Below are positions 57,199 to 64,000 of a stretch of 64,000 nucleotides of DNA, one piece after another; the stretch's first letter is position 1, and each line of letters opens with the position of its first letter. The notes beneath the pieces are model-generated. The model saw nothing but the letters and a program-made list of their open reading frames with translations, had not been told where the DNA came from and did not search any database. The DNA comes from Candidatus Omnitrophota bacterium (GTDB taxonomy: Bacteria; Omnitrophota; Gorgyraeia; Tantalellales; Tantalellaceae): the NCBI GenBank assembly GCA_015231405.1, contig JADGBR010000010.1, positions 14,489 through 78,488 of the forward strand, in the 5' to 3' direction. A program made the translations under genes and the position numbers.

Positions 57199-58079
57199 AT
57201 TTTTTTACATGTCCTTAATTTGGCGCTCCTGGATCTGGGATTATTCTCGATTTCGCGCATATCCGGACAAACCGGCTTTTTGGTGAGAACTTCGAATTCT
57301 CCGCGCATTTTATTTTCACGGAAAATATTCTTGATCATCCTGTCCTCGAGCGAATGAAAAGATATCACGGAAATACGCCCACCGCTTTTTAATTTCCTCA
57401 TGGCTGCTCTCACGCCGCCCTCGATCGCCTCGAGTTCCCTGTTAGTCGCTATCCTTATCGCCTGGAAGGTCCTAACCGGCGATGAGAGCCTCTGCCCTCT
57501 ATACATTTTCCCTATAGCCCCTTCTATGATCGATGCGAGCTCAAGTGTAGTTTCGATCTTTTTCCTTTTCCGGGCTTCGCAGATACTCCTGGCGACCCTG
57601 TAAGCGTACCGCTCCTCGCCATACTCTCTTATGAGGTCCTGAAGCTCTTTCTCGCTGAGGCCGTTCACCAGATCCCGCGCGCTTAATTTTCCATTCGTAT
57701 CATATCGCATATCGAGAGGGCCGTCTTTCATGAAGCTAAACCCTCTTCTCGGATCATCCAGCTGATATGACGAAAACCCGAGATCAAAAATAGCCCCATC
57801 GATCATTTCTATCCCCTCTTCCGTCAAAACTTTTTCAATGTCGGCAAAATTGGCTGAACGGATTATTACTTCTTTCCCGAGATCTTTGAATCTAACGCGC
57901 GCCATCTCTACGGCGCGTTCATCCCTGTCTATCGCGACGAGCCTTCCTCCAGGCGCGATCTTCTTCAGTATCTCCTCCGAATGTCCGCCCCCGCCCAACG
58001 TCGCGTCTACGATCGTTTCGCCTTTAACAGGCCGCAAGTACTCCATGACTTCATTTAAAAGGACCGGGATATGACCCAT
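57195..58079 (-). CDS. rsmH: 16S rRNA (cytosine1402-N4)-methyltransferase
   Basis: 294 aa, MraW-like throughout (MGHIPVLLNEV...DATLGGGGHS). Confidence 0.9.
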   Translation of the reverse strand: MGHIPVLLNEVMEYLRPVKGETIVDATLGGGGHSEEILKKIAPGGRLVAIDRDERAVEMARVRFKDLGKEVIIRSANFADIEKVLTEEGIEMIDGAIFDLGFSSYQLDDPRRGFSFMKDGPLDMRYDTNGKLSARDLVNGLSEKELQDLIREYGEERYAYRVARSICEARKRKKIETTLELASIIEGAIGKMYRGQRLSSPVRTFQAIRIATNRELEAIEGGVRAAMRKLKSGGRISVISFHSLEDRMIKNIFRENKMRGEFEVLTKKPVCPDMREIENNPRSRSAKLRTCKKI

Positions 58080-58109
58080 TTATATTACTTCCAATCCACT
58101 CGGCAAAGG

Positions 58110-58331
58110 TTATTTCTTCTTTCCTTTATCCAGGTTTATCCTGTCGCAACTTTTCAGGGTGAAATGCAGATTCTCTCCCCCTCCGGAAGATGTGAGCACA
58201 TACCTCTTAACCCCTAAATGCGAAATACCCGATGGAAGAGCTCTCGCTTTTTTCACGCGTTCGACCATGTTCACGCAATTCACGAATTCGACCTGTTTCT
58301 TATTGAACTTCACCGCGCAGCGACGATACAT
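58110..58331 (-). CDS. small hypothetical basic protein (73 aa) between mraZ and rsmH
   Basis: The ATG at 58331 is preceded by GGAGG 5 nt upstream. The protein is MYRRCAVKFNKKQVEF...GENLHFTLKSCDRINLDKGKKK. I recognise no family. Confidence 0.35.
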   Translation of the reverse strand: MYRRCAVKFNKKQVEFVNCVNMVERVKKARALPSGISHLGVKRYVLTSSGGGENLHFTLKSCDRINLDKGKKK

Positions 58332-58351
58332 ATCGCCTCCTTGATCATCTA

Positions 58352-58807
58352 TTATCGATTGTCGATTGAACCCTCTTCCCCCAAAAGCTCCGCGATATCC
58401 GCGTAATCTTTCTTGGAATTGGCGTAAAATTCCTCCCACTTCACCACGTCCCATATTTCTATACGGTCGGACACACCGACCATTTTCACTTTCTTATTGA
58501 TCTTCGCGTACTCCCTAAGATAATCAGGAATGAGGATCCGCCATTGCTTGTCCAAAGTCATATCAACTGCCCCACCAAAAAACTGCCGCTGAAAAGACCT
58601 CACGTTCTTTCTTGTAAAAGCCATTTCGCTGAACTTTTTTTCCTGGGTTTTCCAGACGCTATCCGGGAACATGAATATGCATTCCTCAAGACCCCTGGTG
58701 ATATAGAACTTCTCTATTCCTTTGTCCTTTATCACGTCACGGAATCTCGAAGGAATTATCAACCTTTTCTTGTTATCCAGTATGTGTAAATACTCTCCGT
58801 AAAACAC
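58352..58807 (-). CDS. mraZ: transcriptional regulator MraZ
   Basis: Start taken at the GTG at 58807 (VFYGEYLHILDNKKRLIIPSRFR aligns with the E. coli MraZ N-terminus [23 protein letters not shown]), giving about 151 aa. The track N-terminal extension contains the promoter. Confidence 0.75.
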   Translation of the reverse strand: MFYGEYLHILDNKKRLIIPSRFRDVIKDKGIEKFYITRGLEECIFMFPDSVWKTQEKKFSEMAFTRKNVRSFQRQFFGGAVDMTLDKQWRILIPDYLREYAKINKKVKMVGVSDRIEIWDVVKWEEFYANSKKDYADIAELLGEEGSIDNR

Positions 58808-58808
58808 T

Positions 58809-58870
58809 CCACTTCCCTCCACTTTGCACCACTTGGGATTAAGTATACCCGCAGGTATTGAAAAAGTCAA
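58809..58870 (-). promoter_or_regulatory. dcw promoter TTGACT-N17-TATACT with three AGTGG direct repeats at 10-bp phasing (MraZ-type operator)
   Basis: -35 at 58870..58865 and -10 at 58847..58842. The AGTGG repeats (minus strand) sit at 58833, 58823 and 58813. GGAGG lies 8 nt before the GTG. Confidence 0.6.
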
Positions 58871-58930
58871 TCGGAATTGTGACGGAAATTGAAAAGCAAA
58901 TGGGCTCGAGTCGATTGAAAAAGATTTTTC

Positions 58931-58998
58931 TGGTTCGTGATTCGTGGTTCGTAAAAATGTACCCTACAAAAACCGAATCACGGACCACGATCCACGAA
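58931..58998. repeat. palindromic intergenic element copy 2 (TGGTTCGTGATTCGTGGTTCG-N22-CGAATCACGGACCACGATCCACGAA)
   Basis: Imperfect arms of about 20 bp, between the PilZ gene and the dcw promoter. Confidence 0.7.
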
Positions 58999-59091
58999 AC
59001 ACTATTGTATTAACGCGAAAAAAAATGCTGGAATGGAAAAATCACATGGGAACGTTCACTTCCTGAAGATCATCCCGGAAAGAAACGAATA

Positions 59092-59523
59092 TCACCAGTA
59101 AAGCTTCTTGAACCTCTCCGAATAACGCTTGATCCACTCCTGCGAAGCCTCGGAAAGGGACATGTCCCTCCCCAGCTGAAGCGACCTGAGCACGCGGTAT
59201 TCCTCAATGAGATATATCTGTTCGATAAGTTTAACTTTGAAGGCGTCAGAGTAGGTAAGAAAAGCGACGCCTATTTTAAAGAGTCCGGTCTCAGGATCTT
59301 TCGCAGTATGAACGACTTTGGCTTTGATATGGAACGTTCTTTCGTACAACGGCATATTTATATTGATCCTCTTTTCTATTTCAACGTCATCCTTAGCCAT
59401 GAACAAAAGGCCGCCCTCGCTGATATCCAGGGTCTGCGTTTTGGTAAATTCCGGCCCGTCCTCTATCTGGTATTCAAGGGGACTTACAAGAAGGTGCCTT
59501 ATGAATCTTCTTTTCTCTGACAT
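59092..59523 (-). CDS. PilZ domain protein (c-di-GMP binding)
   Basis: Start taken at the internal ATG (MSEKRRFIRH). PilZ motifs RRFIRH (RxxxR) and DISEGGLLF (D/NxSxGG) are present. Confidence 0.7.
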   Translation of the reverse strand: MSEKRRFIRHLLVSPLEYQIEDGPEFTKTQTLDISEGGLLFMAKDDVEIEKRININMPLYERTFHIKAKVVHTAKDPETGLFKIGVAFLTYSDAFKVKLIEQIYLIEEYRVLRSLQLGRDMSLSEASQEWIKRYSERFKKLYW

Positions 59524-59560
59524 AGTACTTCCTTTTATTTGGCAACTATGCGCTATCGGA

Positions 59561-59794
59561 TCACAACAGCCTGTTATCAACAAGTTCTTTCTCCAGCTTA
59601 TTTATCGCTTCCTTAAGCTGCGAGAATAACTTAACGTTGATATTTATCCCTTTGCCTGTCGGCACTTTCTCATTCCCCTGGGGCGGCTGAGTCCATATCC
59701 TAATATCGATAACATCATTTCCCTGATATTCGGATATGCGAACCCTTATGTCCTGATACTTGTTCTTTTCAAAAGAGGCTATATCCTTTTCCAT
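59561..59794 (-). CDS. PC4/YdbC-like ssDNA-binding protein
   Basis: 77 aa with the pattern DIRVRISEYQG..VIDIRIW....G.......KGININ that is typical of bacterial PC4-fold proteins. Confidence 0.45.
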   Translation of the reverse strand: MEKDIASFEKNKYQDIRVRISEYQGNDVIDIRIWTQPPQGNEKVPTGKGININVKLFSQLKEAINKLEKELVDNRLL

Positions 59795-59920
59795 GATTCC
59801 CCCTCCGTTTATTAAATTATTAATATAAATAATACCTAATAATAATAAAAATACAAGGGTTCAAGTATTGAAATGTCAGATTACCGGATCAAAGATCGCG
59901 GTTAGTGGGTGTGGCTATAT

Positions 59921-60325
59921 TTAAGCGGTAAAATTGTTTTTTCGTCTTGAAGCCTTTTTCTCGGAGCGCTTCCTTTTCGATTCGAGTATTTTTTCCTTAA
60001 GTGCCTTAGGCCTCTTCCTCATCGCTCTCTTTTTCTTTTCGGCCGCCTGCCTATATGAAAACTCTTCGCTGGAATGTTTCTTCTCGATCTTATCCACCAG
60101 AATAACCAGGGCTGAGTACCGGTTAAGGGACTGCGACCTCTCACGGGAACTCTTTACTTCCATACCCGTAGGACCATGTTTCAAATACACGCAGCTTGAC
60201 GTTTTATTCACCTTTTGTCCGCCGGGTCCGCCTGACCTTATGAACCGACAGATGATATCCTTTTCATGGATACCGAGCCGCCGCATTTTCTCTTCCAGTT
60301 CATGGTCACCTGTTAAAGCACGCAT
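59921..60325 (-). CDS. arfB: alternative ribosome-rescue factor ArfB (peptidyl-tRNA hydrolase, GGQ domain)
   Basis: 134 aa. The GGQ motif SGGPGGQKVNKTSS is followed by a basic C-terminal tail. Confidence 0.8.
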   Translation of the reverse strand: MRALTGDHELEEKMRRLGIHEKDIICRFIRSGGPGGQKVNKTSSCVYLKHGPTGMEVKSSRERSQSLNRYSALVILVDKIEKKHSSEEFSYRQAAEKKKRAMRKRPKALKEKILESKRKRSEKKASRRKNNFTA

Positions 60326-61253
60326 CTATTAGGTCATCCAGCTTCGCCGTTGCGAGGCACTGTACTGTATCGGCGCCCCCGTAGTATATCTTTACCTCCC
60401 GGTTATCCTCCAAGACCGCCCCGCATGTGAACACTACCGCATAGCTCAATCCGTTAAGCTCGTAATCTGTCGTCGGGGATAATATCGGGGAATCGGAACG
60501 GGCTATGATCTTCGACGGATCATTGAGGTCCGTCAGCATGACTCCAAGATGATAAACATACTGCGCCGCGCATTGCACGTTGACGGCATGGTATATAATG
60601 AGCCACCCTTTATCGGTCTTGATAGGAACCGCGCCTGGACCGTTCTTTTTCCATCCCCACTCGTCCTTAGCAAGAGCTACCGCCTTGGACCCACCCCAAT
60701 GGATGAGGTCCGGAGAATAGGAAACCCACATATAGGCCCTCCCGTCGCTGGTATTGGGCCTGTCATAACGGCAATAGAGCCCGTTGATCTTTTCGGGAAA
60801 AAGTACCCCGTTCCTGTTGTCAACCTCCGAGATAAAGCCCATCCACTTAAAATCGACCATATCGGTCGAACGGAGGAGGCCCAGACGGCAGGAGTGTGTG
60901 CTGTGGCACGCGAATATAATGTAGTATTTTCCCTCGATCTCGGTAACCCTCGGATCGTAATACATCCCTGTCGTATACTCAAGGAATTCTGGATCCTTAG
61001 GCATTATTATCGGTTCGGGGCGAAGCTGGAATTTTACGCCGTCAACGGAGTCAGCAGGCCATACGAACTGTTTCATGGATGGTGTTTCCACCCTGCAAAG
61101 CATCACGTATTTCCCGTCTTTCTTTTTGATGATCCCGGAGTTGAATACTCCTTTAGCCGCCAGAGGAACATCATTCTTGGTCAATATAGGATTACCCGGA
61201 TACCGAACGACGATATCCTGTTTCGATTTAGCGTACAAGTAACGTTCTGCCAT
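60306..61253 (-). CDS. glycoside hydrolase family 130 protein (beta-mannoside phosphorylase-like)
   Basis: 315 aa. Five-bladed propeller signatures (VFNSGIIKKKDGKYVMLCR, YYDPRVTEIEGKYYIIF) are typical of GH130/DUF377. Confidence 0.7.
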   Translation of the reverse strand: MAERYLYAKSKQDIVVRYPGNPILTKNDVPLAAKGVFNSGIIKKKDGKYVMLCRVETPSMKQFVWPADSVDGVKFQLRPEPIIMPKDPEFLEYTTGMYYDPRVTEIEGKYYIIFACHSTHSCRLGLLRSTDMVDFKWMGFISEVDNRNGVLFPEKINGLYCRYDRPNTSDGRAYMWVSYSPDLIHWGGSKAVALAKDEWGWKKNGPGAVPIKTDKGWLIIYHAVNVQCAAQYVYHLGVMLTDLNDPSKIIARSDSPILSPTTDYELNGLSYAVVFTCGAVLEDNREVKIYYGGADTVQCLATAKLDDLIDACFNR

Positions 61254-61339
61254 TTTGATACCTTCCCTTTTAAGTTAGTTGCGTTCAACAAGGAAACAAC
61301 GGACATAATTATACATACAAACCCGGAGGTTGTCGAGAG

Positions 61340-61382
61340 TTAGCGGTTTGCGTGTTAGCGGTTAGCGATTAGCGATTAGCGG
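61340..61382. repeat. tandem heptamer repeats TTAGCGR (4 perfect plus 2 variant copies)
   Basis: TTAGCGG TTTGCGT g TTAGCGG TTAGCGA TTAGCGA TTAGCGG, upstream of the GH130 gene. Confidence 0.8.
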
Positions 61383-61419
61383 AGGGCGGTAAGGCAACAT
61401 ATGGAAATGATTTATCGGT

Positions 61420-61460
61420 AAAAAAGGAGGGGCCTCGCGGGCGATAAGCGCCCGCGAGGC
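61420..61460 (-). terminator. intrinsic terminator after the ParA-like gene (12-bp GC stem followed by CCCTCCTTTTTT on the minus strand)
   Basis: GCCTCGCGGGCG-ataag-CGCCCGCGAGGC at 61432-61460. The A-run at 61420-61425 becomes a U-tract on the minus strand. Confidence 0.75.
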
Positions 61461-61470
61461 AGGGTTGGAA

Positions 61471-62514
61471 CTAGAGTTCGATGACTGAATCTATGCTGCC
61501 GAAAATATTGCTTTCCAGAACGGGATTACTGTCGTCATGCATCCAATTCCCGTCGACCAGGAATTTGTAACGGTGCCTTCCTTTGGGAAGGCTGAAATGT
61601 CCTCCCCATTTACCGTCCTCAAACTTTGTCAGTTTGTTCACTTCGGTCTTTTTCCATCCGTTAAAATCGCCAAGGACATAGACGGAGGACGCTAGAGGCG
61701 CGCTTACAAGAAATTCCTTAACATGGAGGTTCATATCCCTGGAGCCCATTTCCAGGAGTTCGGTTGTCACGTTGTAAAAATCCAGAGCGGCCTGGGATTT
61801 GGGATCGTGTTCGAAAATGCTCTTACCAAGCCCGGAAGCTTCTCGCAGCCTGACGCAAGAGCGTATCTTGGTAGACATCAGGAAATTTCCCACCCTGGCT
61901 TTCACATCCCTCTCAAGCTGCATTGCGAAATTAGACCGTCCGTCAAAAATATTAAGGACAAAAAATACCTCAGGCTGTTTTCCGGTCTCGCTGTTCAATA
62001 TCCCTTTAACACGGTAAATGCTGTTTATGGCGTTGAACGAGAAATAGCTGAGGTCGATCGGGACCAGAAGTATATCGGCCGCGTACATCGAATTGAGAGT
62101 TAGGAAGCCGAAGCTGGGCGGCGAATCGATTATGACATACTCATAATCCTCGCCTTTGTAATTGGCGAGGCTTTCGGAGAGGATCGCAGCGGCTCCTTCC
62201 ACGTTACCAAGGTTAATTTCAGCCGTGCTCAAAACCATGTTTGACGGAATGAACGAAAAGTTCGGCCTGTTGCGTAAAATTATGTCGTCGAGCGCGATCT
62301 CCGATTCATCGAGATGGGCTCTAAAGATGTCGTAAGAGGTTTTTGCCTCTGCGGCTTTTCTCGAATACCCCAGGGCGTATGTAGCGTGCGCCTGCGGATC
62401 GAGGTCAATTAAAAGAGTGTTTTTTCCGAATTTTGCCAATGTCGCTGCGATATTAACGGATAATGTTGTTTTCCCACAGCCACCTTTTTGGTTAACAATA
62501 GAAATTACTTTCAT
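61471..62514 (-). CDS. ParA/MinD-family ATPase fused to a C-terminal AMPK-beta-like glycogen-binding domain (CBM48)
   Basis: N-terminal deviant Walker A KGGCGKTT and a ParA fold spanning about 255 aa. The C-terminal 85 aa (VYVLGDFNGWKK...GRHRYKFLVDGNWMHDDSNPVLESNIFGSIDSVIEL) align closely with the AMPK beta GBD (VYLSGSFNNWSK...GEHQYKFFVDGQWTHDPSEPIVTSQLGTVNNIIQV), including both carbohydrate-binding Trp residues. Confidence 0.8.
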   Translation of the reverse strand: MKVISIVNQKGGCGKTTLSVNIAATLAKFGKNTLLIDLDPQAHATYALGYSRKAAEAKTSYDIFRAHLDESEIALDDIILRNRPNFSFIPSNMVLSTAEINLGNVEGAAAILSESLANYKGEDYEYVIIDSPPSFGFLTLNSMYAADILLVPIDLSYFSFNAINSIYRVKGILNSETGKQPEVFFVLNIFDGRSNFAMQLERDVKARVGNFLMSTKIRSCVRLREASGLGKSIFEHDPKSQAALDFYNVTTELLEMGSRDMNLHVKEFLVSAPLASSVYVLGDFNGWKKTEVNKLTKFEDGKWGGHFSLPKGRHRYKFLVDGNWMHDDSNPVLESNIFGSIDSVIEL

Positions 62515-62701
62515 TTTCTTAACACCCCCCCCTTATGTTGTATCTGAAAAGCCAAAGTAACCTTCAGATAGCGATATCCAACTTTCTTAAAAAAAATTAT
62601 ACATTACTAACAGTGTAATGACAAATTTTTTAGTAATATATTTTGTGACCGGCGTTTCCTCTGTATCGTTTCCCGATATTTTATCGAATAACAGTTGATT
62701 A

Positions 62702-63724
62702 ATGTTGCCCCTCGGGAATACAATGGTGTCGATGGATAATAAAAATAACTACGATGAAATTGACCGAGAAATATCTAAGACGTATTTCGCCCATTCCGTT
62801 AAAAAGCTAAAAAAGAAGCTGCCCGAGACAGAAACAAAAAATGTTCCCTGCGTTGAAAATTCACCGGATGAGCAAAAAATATCACCTCCCCAAAACAATC
62901 CGGTCCCACCCGAAATACCTATACCCCTCACCATCCCGCCGGTTCCGTATTCACAACCCATCGATAAAATGGAAAAGGCCAACCGTGGGTCTAAACGATC
63001 TAAAAAACCGCTCTTTTTACTTATATTGATCCTCGCGCTCACGGCTTGTACCGTCTCCGTCGCACTCTACTACTCAAAGGATAAAATTTTTTTTCTGGCC
63101 ATAACCGACAAAAAAGGGACTCAGCTCGCCTTCTTCGGCAAAGCCCAGTTCTCTTTTAACCCTTTTTCCCCGGCAAAGGTAATTCCCACGGAAGGGTCAA
63201 ATATTCTTTTTGATTTTGAGAATGACAAAGGCGGTTGGGAGATCCCTTCATGGGCAATGGATCAGCCCGACCACGTAGCTATTTCTTTAAAACACTCCGA
63301 TTATATCGCCTCTAACGGCAAAGGCAGCATTGAGTGTCTTGCGGATTTTCCGGGAGGTGAGTGGTCGGGGGCCTTTATTGAGATCCCCCAGTATTTCGAT
63401 CTCGGCAAGTATCTGACCATGGCGGCGGATATCTATATACCTCCCGCCTGCCCCAAGGGGCTTAAAACAAAGTTGATATTGACAGTTGGAGATGACTGGA
63501 AATTCATCGAGATGTCGCGTTACGTATCACTTGTCCCGGGAAAATGGGTGACCCTTTCGGCGGATCTTTCGGATACCTCCAAAGATTTCCGGAGCACGGA
63601 AGCCAAGGCCGGATTCAGGTCAGATATCCGTAAGCTTGGGATCCGGGTAGAATCGTTCAACAAACCCGTCTACAAAGGTCCGTTCTACGTAGACTGCGTG
63701 AGGGTATACGGCGAGAAGAAATAG
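62702..63724 (+). CDS. membrane-anchored protein with C-terminal beta-sandwich carbohydrate-binding-module-like domain
   Basis: 340 aa with a Pro-rich linker and one TM helix (LFLLILILALTACTVSVALYY). The C-terminal region (FDFENDKGGWEIPSWA...GEWSGAF) has a CBM/CIA30-like pattern. The start is uncertain because there are several in-frame Met codons. Confidence 0.5.
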   Translation: MLPLGNTMVSMDNKNNYDEIDREISKTYFAHSVKKLKKKLPETETKNVPCVENSPDEQKISPPQNNPVPPEIPIPLTIPPVPYSQPIDKMEKANRGSKRSKKPLFLLILILALTACTVSVALYYSKDKIFFLAITDKKGTQLAFFGKAQFSFNPFSPAKVIPTEGSNILFDFENDKGGWEIPSWAMDQPDHVAISLKHSDYIASNGKGSIECLADFPGGEWSGAFIEIPQYFDLGKYLTMAADIYIPPACPKGLKTKLILTVGDDWKFIEMSRYVSLVPGKWVTLSADLSDTSKDFRSTEAKAGFRSDIRKLGIRVESFNKPVYKGPFYVDCVRVYGEKK

Positions 63725-63768
63725 CAATTAGGCTCAGGAAGCAGGAAGTCGTGGTCCAGAATAGTATA

Positions 63769-64000
63769 TCAACCGAAAAGATCTTTGCCGTTAACGATAT
63801 TACCCGTACCCTTATCCTTGGCATCTTCCCTGAGGGGTTCCCTGACGAAGTATTTTCGGGATTTTATGGAAACATAATCGCTCCACTCCCTGTCGGAACC
63901 TTTCTGCGAGACCAATATCTCCCTTACGGCGCTAGCCTGTGAAACGAGGTCATCGGCCTGGTACACGACCGTAGCCTCAAGGGTTTTAGGCAGTACAGGG
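63769..64000 (-). CDS. 3' portion of an unidentified gene that continues beyond the window end
   Basis: The minus-strand frame is open from the window edge down to the stop at 63769. No recognisable motif. Confidence 0.25.
   Translation of the reverse strand, partial: PVLPKTLEATVVYQADDLVSQASAVREILVSQKGSDREWSDYVSIKSRKYFVREPLREDAKDKGTGNIVNGKDLFG

Noticed and set aside
58807-58870. ORF-track N-terminal extensions of mraZ, aroQ, proC, ddl, ftsQ, lspA, pilin, pilC, PilZ, the ATPase and the dksA-like gene
   Set aside because: The track labels TTG/GTG codons as M. The extensions overlap upstream genes, promoters or repeat elements, and internal ATG/GTG starts with SD sequences or ATGA/TAATG coupling give N-termini that match family consensus.

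Overview
This 64-kb window is a bacterial chromosomal segment in which all but two or three predicted genes are on the minus strand. Many genes overlap their neighbours by a few nt (ATGA or TAATG junctions), which suggests translational coupling. From low to high coordinates I can recognise the following.

- 45-7000: a tRNA-binding protein and a SPOR protein, followed by a run of phosphohydrolases and an ATPase: GAF-HD-GYP, dGTPase, a YfcE-like phosphoesterase, and an archaeal-type ATPase.
- 7000-7560: a 550-bp non-coding region with a 23/25-bp tandem repeat array and several perfect hairpins, next to tRNA-Gly(CCC).
- 7600-17950: a thiC/heptose operon (pfkB-thiC-orf-hldC-gmhA), then accBC, efp, pepP, aroQ, a Trm112-like gene the ORF track missed, and a Memo-like protein.
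- 18400-25400: a compact type IV pilus / T2SS-like module (pilin, PilC, two tandem GspE/PilB ATPases, a stand-alone MshEN-type domain protein, PilT), with promoters readable by eye.
- 25500-41900: a B12-radical SAM protein; the mreBCD-mrdA-rodA cluster; aroA, rluD, lgt, lspA, a dksA-like gene, ileS, mtnP, yggU, yggT and proC.
- 41856-42139: a 284-nt gap with a candidate plus-strand ncRNA.
- 42140-58870: a complete dcw cluster, running mraZ-rsmH-ftsL-ftsI-murE-murF-mraY-murD-ftsW-murG-murC-murB-ddl-ftsQ-ftsA-like. It ends without ftsZ, and the FtsA homologue is short and degenerate.
- 59000-63700: PilZ, PC4-like, ArfB and GH130 genes, then a ParA/MinD-type ATPase fused to an AMPK-beta-like glycogen-binding (CBM48) domain, which is the most unusual protein in the window.

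I also see a small family of GTGGTTCG-based palindromic intergenic elements (about three copies), 21-bp-phased direct repeats in the pilus cluster, and an MraZ-type operator.

The ORF track uses TTG/GTG as M starts, so many track N-termini are artefactual extensions. Where I could justify a different start I used an internal ATG/GTG supported by an SD sequence or gene overlap. Coordinates of non-coding features come from reading the sequence by hand and may be off by a few nt. I cannot run searches, so every family assignment rests on motifs I recognise in the translations.
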